From: Trypethelium eluteriae
Taxonomy: Eukaryota
DNA length: 34,034 nt
Reading direction: 5' to 3'
NCBI GenBank assembly: GCA_051942245.1
Contig: JAVECL010000237.1
Span: 1-34,034, forward strand
Part shown: positions 9,522 through 22,096 of the stretch, piece after piece
How the letters are laid out: every line of letters begins with the position of its first letter
Numbering within the stretch: the first letter of the stretch is position 1
Position numbers and translations under genes: made by a program
The notes under the pieces: model-generated
What the model was told of the DNA's origin: nothing
What the model saw: the letters and a program-made list of their open reading frames with translations, nothing else
Databases searched by the model: none

Positions 9522-10993
9522 ATGGCTGAACAGTCGGCTGTGCCTCCACTGCCGCGTCGTCCAAGTCCTGGAAATGCTGGTCATACAACAACATTGGCGA
9601 GCCCGCCTCCATTGCGGAATCGGCTGTTGAAAAACAAGACGTCCTTCGAGCGTACCCTACCTGGGCTGGGGCTGTCACGCAGGCGAAGTTCTATACTTTC
9701 CGATTTCTCGCTCGATGACGCGCATCAGTCTATGCGCTCTTCCACTGGAAGTGTCCTACTTCCCAAAATATCTGAGGATCACAAAGAACATGACCTGCAT
9801 CAAGAACCTTCTCATTGGCATTCTGCTCCTTTAGTCTTTGCCTTGGTGCCTGCTGTTGCCGGGCTGTTCTTCAAGAATGGAACAGCATTTGCTACCGACG
9901 TCCTGCTGCTTGGGTTGGCCGCTATCTTTCTCAATTGGTCTGTCAGGCTGCCATGGTTAGTCACACTAAACTCGTGAGCAATATCACAGCTGACTAGATC
10001 GACAGGGAGATGTATCGGAATGCGCAAGCCACGAAGATCGAGATGCCTATGGAAGACAGCGGTGTCATAATCGAAGAAGATAGTGAGGATGAATCACGTC
10101 AAAACTCAGCCTCGCCTGGTGAGCATGAAGGGGTTACCCATGATGGAGCAGGTGCAGAGAGACCTCGGAAGCTACGTGATGATGCGCGTGAAAAGGTCGC
10201 TGCGAAAGAGGAGCTTCGCCAGCACGAACTAATGGCGTTAGCTTGCTGTTTTTTATGTCCAGCACTTGGAGCATACCTACTTCATACCATACGAACACAA
10301 TTATCGCGACCATCGGAAGGTCTTGTCTCCGACTACAATCTCACAATCTTTCTCCTTGCAGCAGAGTTTCGTCCTGCTGCACACCTCATCAAGCTGATCC
10401 AAGCACAGACACTGCATCTTCAACGCACCCTCAACACAAATCCCTTTGGTGATGACAAAATCGACAGCGCTCAGGTATCCGCACTCGGTGAGCGTGTTTC
10501 AGAGCTGGAAACGCATGTTTCGGATCTTACAAGCAACCATACTGCATTGGAAAAGAAATCCTCCGATACTACAGAAGTCACTGGTGCTGTCAACAAAGCT
10601 ATGCAACCCCAGCTCGACGCTCTGAATCGCGCCGTACGTCGATACGAAAAGCGTGCTATGACGCAGGCAATCCAAACAGAAGCACGGATGCAAGATCTCG
10701 AGAAGAGACTCAAAGACGCCTTATCTCTCGCAGCAGCTGCTGCAGAGAATGGACGTCGTCCTGGCTTTACGTTGAGTTTTTTTGAGTCCGTCAGTACTCT
10801 CTTCATGCTGCCAGTGCAGGCTCTCTGGACGGTGTCGGCGTATCCACTGCAAGCCGTGACAAATGCAGCTTCTCGCATGAAGATCTTTCTCATTGGACCC
10901 CGGCCCAGTAAGAAGAAACGAATTGCTACGAAGCACGAGGACCATGGTGCTTTGACCAATGGAAGAATGGCGGCAAAAGGTGGCAAAAGGTAG
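9522..10993 (+). CDS. Conserved fungal hypothetical membrane protein with C-terminal coiled coil, ~473 aa; exons 9522-9955, 10006-10993
   Basis: Two ORFs joined in frame by a 50-nt intron (GTTAGT...GCTGAC...CAG) giving VRLPW|EMY. Hydrophobic segments (WHSAPLVFALVPAVAGLFF, DVLLLGLAAIFLNW) and heptad region LDALNRAVRRYEKR...LEKRLKDAL. Confidence 0.85.
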
Positions 10994-12458
10994 CAAAAGG
11001 TAACGAGCAAGTTTAGAGTTTACCAGAGGCGCAATCCTGACTCCGATCATGCATCAGCAGACTCTCCGACTGGGCAGGTGCTGAGGTGAACAAAACCTCA
11101 GCGGAGGCGTTGGGATAATTTGGGGGGTTCGAGAGAAACAGCGATACCCCAGAAATAAGCATACCAGCTATGGCTCCAATCTTCGCTTTTTAGTCCTGGT
11201 CTGCCTTGCAGGCAAACCAAGTTCATTCGCTTTCTTCTATCCTGCCCATCATCTCTCCCACCATGTCTCCCACCGATGGTCCAATGGTCCAGAACTGGCA
11301 TCCCTGACGATCGTCTCCTCTCCCCAGTCTCGCCTTGCGAGATCTGCCATTTGCATTTCATCGGAGTGTTCAGAAGTATCTCAATATCGCGTTATTTTGC
11401 GTAAATTATACCTCCAGGGCTTCCGACTCGAGCGTTACACCCGCGACACCCGTATTACAAGCCCACAGCTGCTTAAGCCGTGCAGGTTGAACACCTCGGC
11501 GGCTTCGCAAATCTTGTCTTTGACCGAATCTATCCTTAACAGGTTTGATAGTTGTGGGGCTCGCTGCAAGTTAGGCTCTACATCTCCAACATCTGCTTGG
11601 GTCCTTGCAAAGTCAACACCGTAGAGCTCTTGAAAACTTCTACCTCGGCTTGAGGCCTTGTAACTTCGATATCTCATGATTCTTTCAAACCCAGTCTCGG
11701 GTCGAGATCTCGGAGGAACAACATGTACTTAGAAGCCTCCTTACCAAAGAAACATCGCCCGGACAACGCCACCCTTCCCACCATGGGCATAAACACGTGG
11801 TAAGTACTCCTGTCTTGTCAACGTCTATAAGGCGAGTGGAAGAAAGGTAGTCTCGACTTTCTCGGACATCTTGTGTCACGTTTCGTATCCACCTTTCGAT
11901 GCCAAAAGCCCCGAGAATCACGATCTTGCAGATAAACCTGTCAAGTAGTGGGGGTCGCTTGATGGAAAACTGGCCCCAATCACAGTTGGCGGCAGTTACC
12001 TAAGCGCCCCAACCTCAATCTATTACCCTTTCTAATAATTTCAACAACTGAAACCCATGGACTTTCTGAAAGAGATAAAGTCCGATGTAACGTTTATTGT
12101 CCCATCCCATTACCTCATCGCGGTTAACACCGGCAAACGAATCGGCCCCCTCAATGCGTGCCTCAACCCCCCGCCCATCATCCCACTCTTCCCCAATCCT
12201 AAGTCTTGTTTACGTGTGTTCCAGTTGTGCCCCCATGCAACGTCATGAGCGATTCAAGCGGTTTGTGATCTCTATGCTGTTTTTGCAGACGTACGCATGA
12301 AAAACTCCGCTTTTCTGCTTCTCGGTACTTCTGTGTTTCATTCATAGAATAGCCTATCTCTCTCCCTTGTCTCCGAGGCATAAGTATCTTGTATTTTTCC
12401 GTCTTGTGTTCTTCGCCCCAACTTCAAGCAGTGATAAGGAGTTGTATAATCTCTCAAA

Positions 12459-13775
12459 ATGGGAATCAAAAATGATTTTGCACTCGATGCTTCGAAATTT
12501 GATCAGAATTCTGTCTCAAAAAAGAATGAGGCCTTTAACGAGACCCTTATCAAAGTGGCACAGGGTGGCCCTCGTTGGTACGAAGTAGGATATCCCAGAC
12601 ATCTTATGTGAATTCAAAGTTCTGAAGAAGCCTACTCTAGGTCGGTGCCGCAAAGTATCGGAAGATGAGGGAAAATGGAGAGACTCCAATACCAAAGCCT
12701 ACCATGCTGGATGGTGACGACATCCACCTACCTTCTCGAGAAGCTGGAAGAGCGATTCCATGCCGAGTCATGAGACCTTCCAGTGGCGAAGTCAAAGGAG
12801 TCTACATGCACATCCATGGAGGCGGGTGGGTGTTGATGGTGAGATCCTGTCAGAAACCGAACAATCGTCAAAGCAGAACTAAAACACGACAGAGTGAAAG
12901 ATAGTACGATAAAGCGTTTCCAACTCGAAGCAAAGAAACAAACTCAGAATGATCGTAGCCAAGACCCTCTCCTCCGCTTCTTAGCCGACGCCGCAAATCT
13001 CGTCGTCGTCTCCGTGGGTTATCGTTTGGCCCCCGAAGACCCTTTCCCAAAAGGCAACGAAGATTGCTACGACGCCGCTGAGTATCTCGTCGATAACGCT
13101 CGCGCCAAATTCGGTGGCGACTTGCTATTCATGGGCGGCGAGGTAAGTCCTCTCCCATCCTCTTCTCTCCTTTGACCCTTCATGTCCCTTCCTCTTTCCA
13201 TAGTGCCTCCCATTCAGGTCCATCTCCATCTCCACCTTCGCGTTCACCTCCACTTATTTCAACCAACTCCTCACTCTCCGTCTCCCACCCAGTCCGCAGG
13301 CGCTCACCTCGCCGCCCTCGCCACCTTCCACCTCCTCACCACCCGCCCCTCCTTCCGCCTGCACGCCCTCAATCTCGTCTTCGGCTGCTTCGACCTCGCC
13401 GGCATGACCCCCTTCATGCACAACTTCGCCCGCCCCCTCGTCATCGACCGCGACATCATGGACCACTACATCGCCGCCTACCTGCCCGGCACCACCGAGG
13501 CCGAGCGCCGCGACCCGTCCATCTCGCCCATCTACAAGGACCTGCGCGGGTTGGGGCCGAAGTTGCCGGCTGCGCTGTTCACGGTTGGGACCGAAGACTG
13601 TCTGAGGGATGACAGCGTATTTATGGGGGCGAAGTGGCGGATGAGCGGGGCGGAGGCGGTGGTGAAGATTTATCCAGGGTGCCCGCATGGGTTTGTATTT
13701 TATGAGGAGGAGGCGTTGGATGGGGTGAAGGAGTGTAAGGAGGATATGAGAACGTTTCTGAGGGAGCATATGTAA
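12459..13775 (+). CDS. HSL-family (Abhydrolase_3) esterase/lipase, ~333 aa; exons 12459-12584, 12641-12838, 12893-12903, 12959-13142, 13293-13775
   Basis: HIHGGGWV oxyanion motif, YRLAPE, nucleophile GE|SAG split by intron 4, GTEDCLRDD and HGF. Four GT-AG introns give 1002 nt in frame. Confidence 0.9.
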
Positions 13776-14072
13776 GGAATGAAAGAGGGAGCCTAAGCAA
13801 ATGATGAGAGGAAGGGAGATGGTGATGGCTCCATGAAACTATTTTTCGGTTGAAGCGTGAATACGTACATGACACATGCAGCTCAGTAATGGTGGACGAT
13901 CCCAAAGAATGCGAGTCTCGAGCCTCTTTGAGCGCGAGGCTTCTTCAACGATGCAAGCCATGCCAGGAAGAATGACCAGTATTATGTTATCAGGGCCTTT
14001 CCCAGCTCAGCCAATACCACATAAATGCCACCTCGGACTGTTCTCCTTACTGTCAAGCCTCAAGCCATCTTT

Positions 14073-16134
14073 TCATCGAAACGTCATCATCCTCCCACTC
14101 TCTAATTTCCTCGCCCTCTGCTTCTCTTGTACTTTCCTCTTCATCTCTGCGAACCGCTCTTCGCTCACTTCTCTGCCGCCCCTTGCCACCCAGCTCGCTG
14201 TTCTTCTTTGCTCTCCAGCTCCAGCAGCACTCTCTTCGGCTCCCGTCATTGGGGTAGGAGATGGCGCTCCGGGCGACACACGCGCAAGCGTATTCTGCGG
14301 TACAGCGTTCTCCTTGGTGCTCGTCTTGATCTGGGTTGAGGGGCGTGTGGCCGGGACTTGAAGATTGTGATTTGAAGAATGCGGTTCCCCGTTCTGGCTC
14401 AGATTTGCGGCTGTGGTCGTGGTAGCAACACCATTGTGCTTGTTGTTTGAGCGCGCTCCAGTATTGGGATTGACGTTCTCCTTTTTCGTCTCCTTTTTCG
14501 AGATCACGCTGTTTTTGCGCGGGGGCTTGCTGATGGGTTGAGTCTTTGTAGGAAAGGCGGAGCGGATAGGAAGAGCCATGGCATCGTTTTGGATGGGACT
14601 GGTAGGGCAGTCGTCCACGAGGGATATCTCAGGCTTAGCTGGAGAGCGTAGGGAAGTTGGAGAAGGGGATGGCTGTGGAAGTTGGAGAGAAGAGTCAAAA
14701 GAGGAGTTAGGCGGTGGGGTTTTGGTTTTGTGCTGTTCGCCCGGATGTACATGAATGGGAGAGGCAAGTTTAGGTTCTGGTAGCGTCGACTTTCGTTTTG
14801 GAGGCGTCTTGTATGCTTTTTCAAAGCCGACGGATGTGGGTGGTGCGGCTTCGGTTGCTGAGCTCATTTGCTTCGGAGGCGAGGATCTGATGATTGTCTT
14901 GACAGACTCTGCTGAAGCTGGTGTACCGCCAACAGCATCTGCCCAGAGATCCAAGGGTGCTTGGCCACCATCATTGTCCGTCCTGTTCCGGGCGCGACGA
15001 TGCCGAGCATCTGCTCTACGAGCTTCGTCTAGCTCCTGACGGAGATTGTCTCGCTCCAAGCGAAGCACTGATGACTCCTCACGGGCTTCACGAAGTTCTT
15101 TCGATGTTTTTCGCTGTTGCTCTTGCATTTCTTCGATCTCTTGCTTTTGCGGCTGGTTCTGAGCTTCTTCAACTTGGTTGGCGGCTTTTTGTCTGCTTGA
15201 CTCAAGTTCCTCCTTGGTTTTTGTAAGAGTGTCTCGGTACTCCCGCATCTGCACTTCCAGTTCTGAGGTCCTGGCCTCCAGCTTTTGCATCTTCTTCCGC
15301 TCGCTTCGCAGCTTTCCGGCTAGATCAGTAACTTCAGTATCCTTTTGTCTCGCAAAATCCTTTGCTAATCGTTGCTTCTTGAGTAATTTCTTCATCTCTT
15401 GTTTGGTTTTGGCAGCATACTGCTCATACTCTTGCTTCCAATATACCCCCGAATCTGAAATAGTGTCATCTCGATCAATTCGCTCGTCCTTTGTATGTAC
15501 GTTGTGCGACTGGGGCTTGGATGAGCGTGATTCGCGGGCATCGAATAGAGACTTCGTGAGCTTGGTAGCACCTGCTCGCTCTGCATGATCGCCATGTTCA
15601 GTGCTCTTCTCTACATTCTTAGGAGTCCATGGACTTGGAAATTTGCCTGGGAAATGGTTTGGTAACCCACTGCGGCTTTGCGCCAAAGACTTCTTGCCCT
15701 CATTGTTCGCCACCTGAGCTCCGAATGACACAGTCTTCCGACGAGCTGCGCCCATGCCTGGCGTCATAAGGATACTTGCAGGCTTGACGGGAGACGACTC
15801 GACATTGGTCGTCTCGAGCACAGTCCCAGAGACAGGTCTCCTCTCCAGGTCATGCGTAAAACTATTCCGAGGAGGCTGGTCATTATTGTCTTCGCCTTCA
15901 GAAAGGGTCGTGTTTGGGTTGTGTTCTGCCGCCTGAGGCGTTCCGAACAGGGCGTGCTTGAATGCACGAACTGCAAAAACTGGTGCAGGTGTTTCTGGAA
16001 CTTCGCAGATCGTTGCATTTCCGTCTGGTAACAAAGCGTAAGCTATTCTTCATGCATCATTTCCCTCAGTAAAGGAATGACATACCTTCCTCTGGCTCCT
16101 CCCCAAGCCTAGGTCCACTGATCCAAGAAAGCAT
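14073..16134 (-). CDS. Spindle-pole-body-associated Cut12-domain coiled-coil protein, ~666 aa; exons 16134-16086, 16024-14073
   Basis: N-terminal PETPAPVFAVRAFKHALFGTP, ILMTPG...RRKTVSFG and FPGKFPSPWTP blocks recalled as typical of Cut12-like proteins; central coiled coil; 61-nt intron GTATGT...CAG restores MLSWISG start. Confidence 0.8.
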
Positions 16135-16778
16135 TCTCAATGCCGTATTTCGTGAGTCGTCATCGAGTGAGTGGACACGCTTCTGAATTGCGCAATGTTG
16201 TATGTCGCGATAGAGGAAAGGATGGGGGACGTGTTGTTTACAACGGGCAGGGGTGACGGAATAACGCTAGTGCGGTGGGTCCTGTACTACTTTGCTAGCA
16301 CGCGGGTGCTAAAAACTTCGCACTCCAAAATTGGAGGGACCCTCACATCAAAGGTTAGGTAGGTAAGCTCTTCTTCAAATAAACTTGATTTTACATTATT
16401 GTTTGTAGAAAAAGATATTATGACATACATCGGACTTGAAGCCATATCTATAATATTTCTTTAAGACTAAAATTCTATGGTCCGTATACAATAGAGGCAA
16501 GGCTCTAACTTACGCGTACGGAGCTTTTGACACCCGCGCGGTTATCTGTGACTGCCTTATCGATAATGCCGCCACCGCTGAATCCCCGGTTCAAGATTCG
16601 AAATGCGGTATCCGTAATCGCTGAAACTTTTGCTCGCGCTTGCCAAATGCATTGACTCTCTCGCAGAATCCAACAACCGGTAAAGTATGATAGCCACAGT
16701 GTAGGCAGACGACAGCTTCGGCTGTCGTTGACCGGCCACACTCGTGCGTTTCACGCATGAGCCAATTCCTCCTTCAAT

Positions 16779-19700
16779 ATGGGGCCCAAATCGCCGTGGA
16801 AAACTGCCAAAGACAAAGACGACGGAATTAAGGACCTCGGAGCTCAGGCTGCTTCCGCCAATGCTTTCGACTATGCTCAAGCCCAAAAAGATGAGATTGA
16901 GGTGCTCAAGGCGATTTATATGGATGACTACCAGGAAGTAGAAGTGAAGAATGCTTGGAGCGTGAGTCTTTCCCAGGTCTGCTAGGCGTCGTCCGAGGGA
17001 CGAGATGGCCTAAAAATGACAACTCCAACTCTATCTCCTCTAATCTGCGTCAAGAAAATCCTACTAATCGGACCCCAGCGGACTACAGATCATGCCATGA
17101 AGTTACGAATTAAAGCTATTTCATCAACTGACGTCTTTATCGTCTTGTCTATCAGGCTAACCGCAACTTATCCAAAGACTGTGCCTCTGGTGAAGATCGA
17201 GGAATCAGTCGGGTTACGTCGGGGGAGTCAGCGCAAGATCGAGGAGATGCTGCAAACGAGACCAAAGGAGCTCGTCGGCGAGGTAATGATCCATGAGCTC
17301 GCTACATCGACTGAAGAACTACTGGAAGAATCCTTTCAGAGGCAACAGCGGGATGGTGAGCTGCCGAGTCTGGAGGAGGAGCGAGCACTTCAAGAAGCGG
17401 CTGCAACGGAAGCAGCCCGCCGCCAGGAAGCAACACGTCTGCAGGAAGCCGAAGTGGAGCGGGCTGAGGAGGACAGGGTTCTGAAGCAGATGCTTGATGA
17501 AGAAATAAACAGGCGCGAAGCGAAGAAAACAAGCCGAGCACCTGTAATTTTATCCAATTCTGCTGAAAATGGTACGTCTCGAACCGCTCATTAGGGTCTG
17601 TTAAAAAAAATGTTGGTAGTATAGTGTTCGAGGCGACAAATCTGGGAGTCCAAGACTCTGGGGGTCGCTCAATAAATTCTTCCCTAATTTCAAGGAGAAG
17701 AGTTTATCATGATGTTGAGAAAGAACCCACTGGAATCTCCCAGTCCCCTTTTCCAGCTTTGTTCAATCAGAGAGATCCCAGTAATGTTGAGCCTCATATG
17801 TCCTGCCAACATTTCTTTCCCTTCTGCATCCATTACTGTTAATAAGCACTAACTCAGAGCAGTGCCAGCATTACATGCCACTCCCAACAGTGAGAGTGCC
17901 ATCATTTTTGAGCAGTCCCTCTCCGTAGAGTCGGAGGTTTCCGTCAAAGCAATCGAGGGATTGATAAAATTGGGGAATGGCGGTCCTGTCACAGACACAT
18001 TCATTGTCCATCCGGTCGGATCGCTACTTCCGTTAGTGCTGAAGCAAACGCGTATCAAGTAAGTCATATCCAAGTACGCTGATGACAGTATGCCAAAACA
18101 TTTCGGACTTGTTTCAGAAGGCCCTACTGGACTACAATAAGCTGATGGAGAATCAGGACTTCATCGATTCCCAATTCCAAAAAGACAATCTTGCAGCTTG
18201 AGGGTCTCCTGGATAATTTAAGAACCCTAAAACACGACAATTCTTTAAGTGTCTATGGCTCGCGGATTGAGCAGCCGCTCTCCAGTAATGAATGGCATAT
18301 TCAAATCGTTAATGAGTTCGCAGACCGGGGCTCCCTCGAGAAATTTCTTGCTGATGGTCCGGTTCAACTCAATAAGGCGCGCCATTGGACAATCGGATTG
18401 CTCGAGGCCCTAGATTTTTACCATCGCCACGGAATCATACACCGAAACGTCCACGCAAACAACGTACTTCTCTGCAGTCCAAAACATGGTGGTCCGAGCA
18501 CTATCAAACTAGCGGATGCTGGATATCAAGGACTTCTCCATGACTTGAAACTTCAGCCTGAGTCTCAATCTGCCGCAGCAACTTCGACTTTCTGGCTACC
18601 CCCAGAAATCGCTCGCGATTCTAAGGCTGATAGAACACGAAAAACGGACGTATGGCAACTGGGAGTTGTCCTCCTACAAATGGTCTGTGGGATTGGCGTA
18701 ACACACAGCTATTCTTCTCCAACGGCAGCAATTGAAGACCTAGAATATGGTGAGGCATTTAATGACATTCTGCGCAAATTTTTCAAGGCGGATGCTAGAA
18801 AAAGACCATCGGCATTCGATCTGCTACCGAGCGAGTTTCTCCGTACAGACCCCCGTCTATCGCAGCCCGCTTCTCCGAGCCACACCAGGTCTGGCTCGTT
18901 TTTGACCCCCATACGTTCTCGCCAACACTATCCACACAGTAGCTCAGGAGGTTTCTCGGACTCCTATTCGCGCTACACACGTGAGTGGGTCGAAATGGGA
19001 CGACTTGGCCGTGGGGGTTTCGGAGAGGTACTGAAAGCTCGCAATAATCTCGATGGACGAATTTATGCAGTCAAGAAGATCAAGCAGGAATCTTCCGCGG
19101 GCCTTACTGATTTGCTGCATGAAGTGATGCTTCTTTCCCGTCTGAACCATCCTTATGTTGTGAGGTACTATGCTGCGTGGCCTGAAGAAGAGCTTCCTGA
19201 CGTCTCCGAGTCTGGAGAGGAAACTACTTCGAGTGTTGAAACGCCATCATTGAATATCGAGGCCGCGCTTAGCTCGATCTCCTTTGGCCATACAGCAACG
19301 AGCGGCTTGGATTTTGTCAGCTCTGGAGGACACCCACTGATCGAGTTTGAGGACGACGATGACGACTCGAACTCGGAGGCAGTCGCATCAAGCGATGAGA
19401 GTGATACAGACGAAACTGCCTCAGATAATCCTAAGGTGAAATCGAGCACCGAAAGCCACGGCCTCGGACTCAAGAGAACCATCTCAAGTTCCGTATCTCG
19501 CAACGTCAGACAGACGCTGTACATCCAAATGGAATATTGCGAAAGACACACTTTGAGAGATCTCATAAGAAAAGACCTGTATGACAATTTCGAAAATGGA
19601 TGGCGCCTTTTGCGGCAGGTAGTAGAAGGATTGGCACATATCCACGGACATGGTATCATCCATCGCGACCTCAAGCCAGAAAATATCTTCATCGATGATG

Positions 19701-22096
19701 GGCAGAATCCAAAGATTGGAGACTTTGGCTTAGCCACCAATGGACAATACCATGCTACAGACAGAGTTCTCTCAAATCTTGAGGGCGATATGACGCGGAG
19801 TATCGGCACGGCCTTTTACGTTGCACCTGAGTTGAGGTCCGGTGCTGGAGGAAGCTATAATGAAAAAGTTGATATGTACTCACTTGGCATTATTTTCTTC
19901 GAAATGTGCTTCCCGCTCAAAACAGGAATGGAAAGAGATGAGGTCATTCGTCAATTAAGGGAAAAAGAACACGTCCTGCCTGCCGTCTTTAATACGTCCG
20001 ACAAGGCACTACAAGGCGAAATTATCTTATCGTTAATCAACCATCGGCCTGGAGAGCGTCCAAGCAGCGCTGAACTCCTGCGGAGCGGAAAGCTCCCCTT
20101 ACGCATCGAGGATGAGACCATTCGGGAAGCATTGAGGAGCTTGTCTGACTCAAACTCGCCCTACTATCGGAAGTTGATGACTGCTCTGTTCTCGCAGCCG
20201 CCAGACAGTCTGATCAAGGGCTTCGCCTGGGATCTTGAGGCAGCGAAAAATTCCAAACTCTTGGAAGCTGGAGATCCGCTTTTGGAGGGATCCGTTCGGG
20301 ATCGTCTAACAGCGATTTTCAAGCGACACGGAGCACTTGAGACACAGCGACCTTTTCTATTCCCTCTATCGTCGTATTATCCAAATAACAACACTGTTCA
20401 GATTTTGCATCCGTCAGGTTCACTCATGCAATTACCTTACGATCTCACTCTACCTTACGCAAGAAGCCTTGCGCATCAGGCTCCGGCTGCTGAGAAGACG
20501 TTCGCCTTTGGTACCGTTTACCGGGACATGCTCACTGGAGGTCCACCACGAACCAATCGAGAGGTAGACTTTGACATTGTCACCCGGGACACGCTTGACC
20601 TGGCGCTTAAGGAAGCCGAGATTCTCAAAGTCATGGATGAAGTGGTCGATGGTTTTGCTCCTCTCGCAACCAGTCAAATGTGCTTCCATGTGAATCATGC
20701 GGATCTATTACAACTGATTATGGAATTTTGTCGGATACCGGCGCTGCAACACCAAGTTACGAAGGAGACGCTGAGTCGGCTGAACATCCAGCAATGCACC
20801 TGGATGAAGATCCGAGCAGAACTTCGAGCCCCAACAATTGGCATACCATCTACATCGCTTGACGATTTAGCACGGTTTGACTTTCGGGATACGCCGGCAA
20901 AAGCCTTTGCTCGAATCAAGTCTCTTTTCGATGGGACTGATTATCTCGAGAAGACTGTCCCAATTTTCGCACATATCAGTATCGTAACAGACTACATGAA
21001 GCGTCTAGGGATTCACCGAAAGACGTATGTTGCACCTCTCAGCAGCTTCAATGAGAAATTCTATCGAGGCGGCTTTATGTTTCAGTGTATTTTCGACAAG
21101 AAAACAAAGGATGTTCTTGCAGCTGGTGGCCGTTATGATCACCTTATTGCCGAGCACAGGTCGAAACTCCAAGGCTACGGTTCAAGTTATCACGCCGTCG
21201 GGATGAATTTAGGTTGGGATCGTCTCATTACATCGATGGCCCGCTATCAGAAAGATGTAAGCAAACCCGGCTTTCTCAAGAAATCGGCAGAATCCGAGAG
21301 GACGGAAGTCCCTACGATCCGAAGATGCGATGTCCTCGTCGCCTCTTTTGATTCTTTCGTGCTGCGCTCTACCGGTGTTAAGCTCGTTTCTGACCTCTGG
21401 GCCCACGACCTCAGTGCCGAGCTTGCCATCGACACGCACTCCCCTGAAGAACTCAGCGCGTATTACCGCGATGACAAGCACAGCTGGATCATTATCATCA
21501 AGCACGATGCTTCTAACACGGGTAAACCAGACCTCAAAGTCAAATCGCTGGTCCGTAAAGAGGACACCGACATCCGCTCCACAGAGCTCATTTCCTTTCT
21601 CCGAGCCGAAATTCGCGACCGCGACTACCGCGAGGGCGCCCCGCGTTCACGGCAGCTACTCCTTCGTAACACCTCTCAACCAGAGACCACCTCTCTCAGC
21701 GACAAGAGAAGCAATGTCCAGGTTCTCACCTCACTGCACAAGTCCAAGAAGTCGAACAAATGGAACATTGTCGAAGCGGCGCAATCACGAGCGGCTGAGC
21801 TTATCCAGTCGTACCATGACAGCGCAATCCTGGCTATCGAGTGCAAGGACGATTACATGGAGCTGATTCGGGAGACGAGGCTTTCAGATCCGGATACCTG
21901 GCGCAAAGCCGTGCAGGCGGTGCCAGTGGTGGATCGAGCGTACATGCAGCAGGTGCATGTTTTGCTAGAGAAGTATGCAAGTCGCTGGAGGGAGGACGTC
22001 GCGGTGGGGACCGCGATAAGGGATGGAGAGCAAAGGAAGGTGTTTGTGTATAATTTTCGGAGCGGGGGCATCCTGGATTATGACCTAGGGCTTTGA
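16779..22096 (+). CDS. GCN2: eIF2-alpha kinase GCN2/CPC-3, ~1603 aa; exons 16779-16961, 17079-17571, 17863-18058, 18157-22096
   Basis: RWD domain (QKDEIEVLKAIY, YPKTVP), pseudokinase, kinase with GRGGFG, acidic insert, YIQMEYC, HRDLKPEN and DFGLA, then a HisRS-like domain (AAGGRYD) and C-terminal domain. Exons total 4812 nt in frame. Confidence 0.97.
17608..17814 (+). ncRNA. Candidate structured RNA element inside GCN2 intron 2 (identity unknown)
   Basis: 12-bp closing stem AAATGTTGGTAG (17608-17619)/CTGCCAACATTT (17803-17814) encloses three hairpins. The host intron is 291 nt, the longest in the window. Confidence 0.4.

Noticed and set aside
11098..11921. Three short minus-strand ORFs between the 9522 gene and the esterase
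   Set aside because: No recognisable motif and no consistent splice model could be built.
17690..17814. Canonical C/D or H/ACA snoRNA reading of the GCN2 intron element
   Set aside because: No full RTGATGA/CTGA pair, and the H-like (AGAAGA) and ACA motifs fall inside predicted stems; kept only as an unidentified structured element.
19168..19809. 213-aa minus-strand ORF and other ORFs nested in GCN2
   Set aside because: Antisense or alternate-frame shadows of a strongly conserved gene.
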